Origin: Selaginella moellendorffii
Taxonomy: Eukaryota > Plantae > Lycopodiophyta
Assembly (NCBI RefSeq): GCF_000143415.4
Contig: NW_003314261.1
Coordinates: forward strand, 1,998,117-2,062,116
DNA length: 64,000 nt
Reading direction: 5' to 3'
Positions within the stretch are counted from its first letter, which is position 1, and the number at the start of each line of letters is the position of its first letter. A program made the position numbers and the translations under genes. Positions 63,777 through 64,000 of this stretch are shown here, in pieces. The notes beneath the pieces are model-generated. The model ran no database searches. It was not told where the DNA came from and saw only the letters and a list, made by a program, of their open reading frames with translations.

Positions 63777-64000
63777 AGCGCACATACACACATACACACA
63801 CATATATATTAGTATTAGTATGTATACATAAAAAGTCCAATTACTTCCTCTATAACTTACAATTCATTAATTCATTAATGTACATTTTACAATATTACAA
63901 AAACTTTTTTTTTCTTTCGAAGATTTTCTTTTTGTACTGCTATTCTTGCTATAAGAAAGTTTTGTAATAGGAAATGAACCATCATACCTGCTCGAACTGG

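Overview
Eukaryotic plant DNA. Very short GT-AG introns, tightly packed genes and PLS-type PPR relics point to a compact non-seed-plant genome, probably Selaginella-like (inference). The window has three blocks. (1) 1-24.2 kb is decayed mobile DNA. It opens with a candidate composite DNA transposon: a Cys/His zinc-finger MULE-like transposase on the minus strand faces away from a spliced, pseudogenised gene that appears to encode a ParB/Srx-like domain plus a beta-order amino-(N6A/N4C)-methyltransferase-like domain, and the first intron of that gene holds an array of 96-bp hairpin repeats. Three degenerate copies of a chromodomain Ty3/Gypsy derivative follow (two N gaps), then a second, inverted, decayed copy of the MULE-like transposase. 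(2) 24.3-49.5 kb is a GC-rich island of 12 apparently intact genes: a secreted Pro-rich repeat protein, NINJA/AFP, zeta-toxin-fold NADKc-like kinase, TLC protein, CYBDOM, two NAC factors, LPP-gamma/PAP2, DnaJ-type Zn finger, mS35, SUV2/ATRIP and a CYP716-like P450. (3) 49.8-64 kb is AT-rich, with two tail-to-tail short-LTR Gypsy elements flanking a PPR pseudogene, plus a MITE and LTR fragments. The most notable signal is the transposon-linked ParB + methyltransferase-like gene with its intronic palindrome array. All family calls come from motif recognition by eye; no searches were run.
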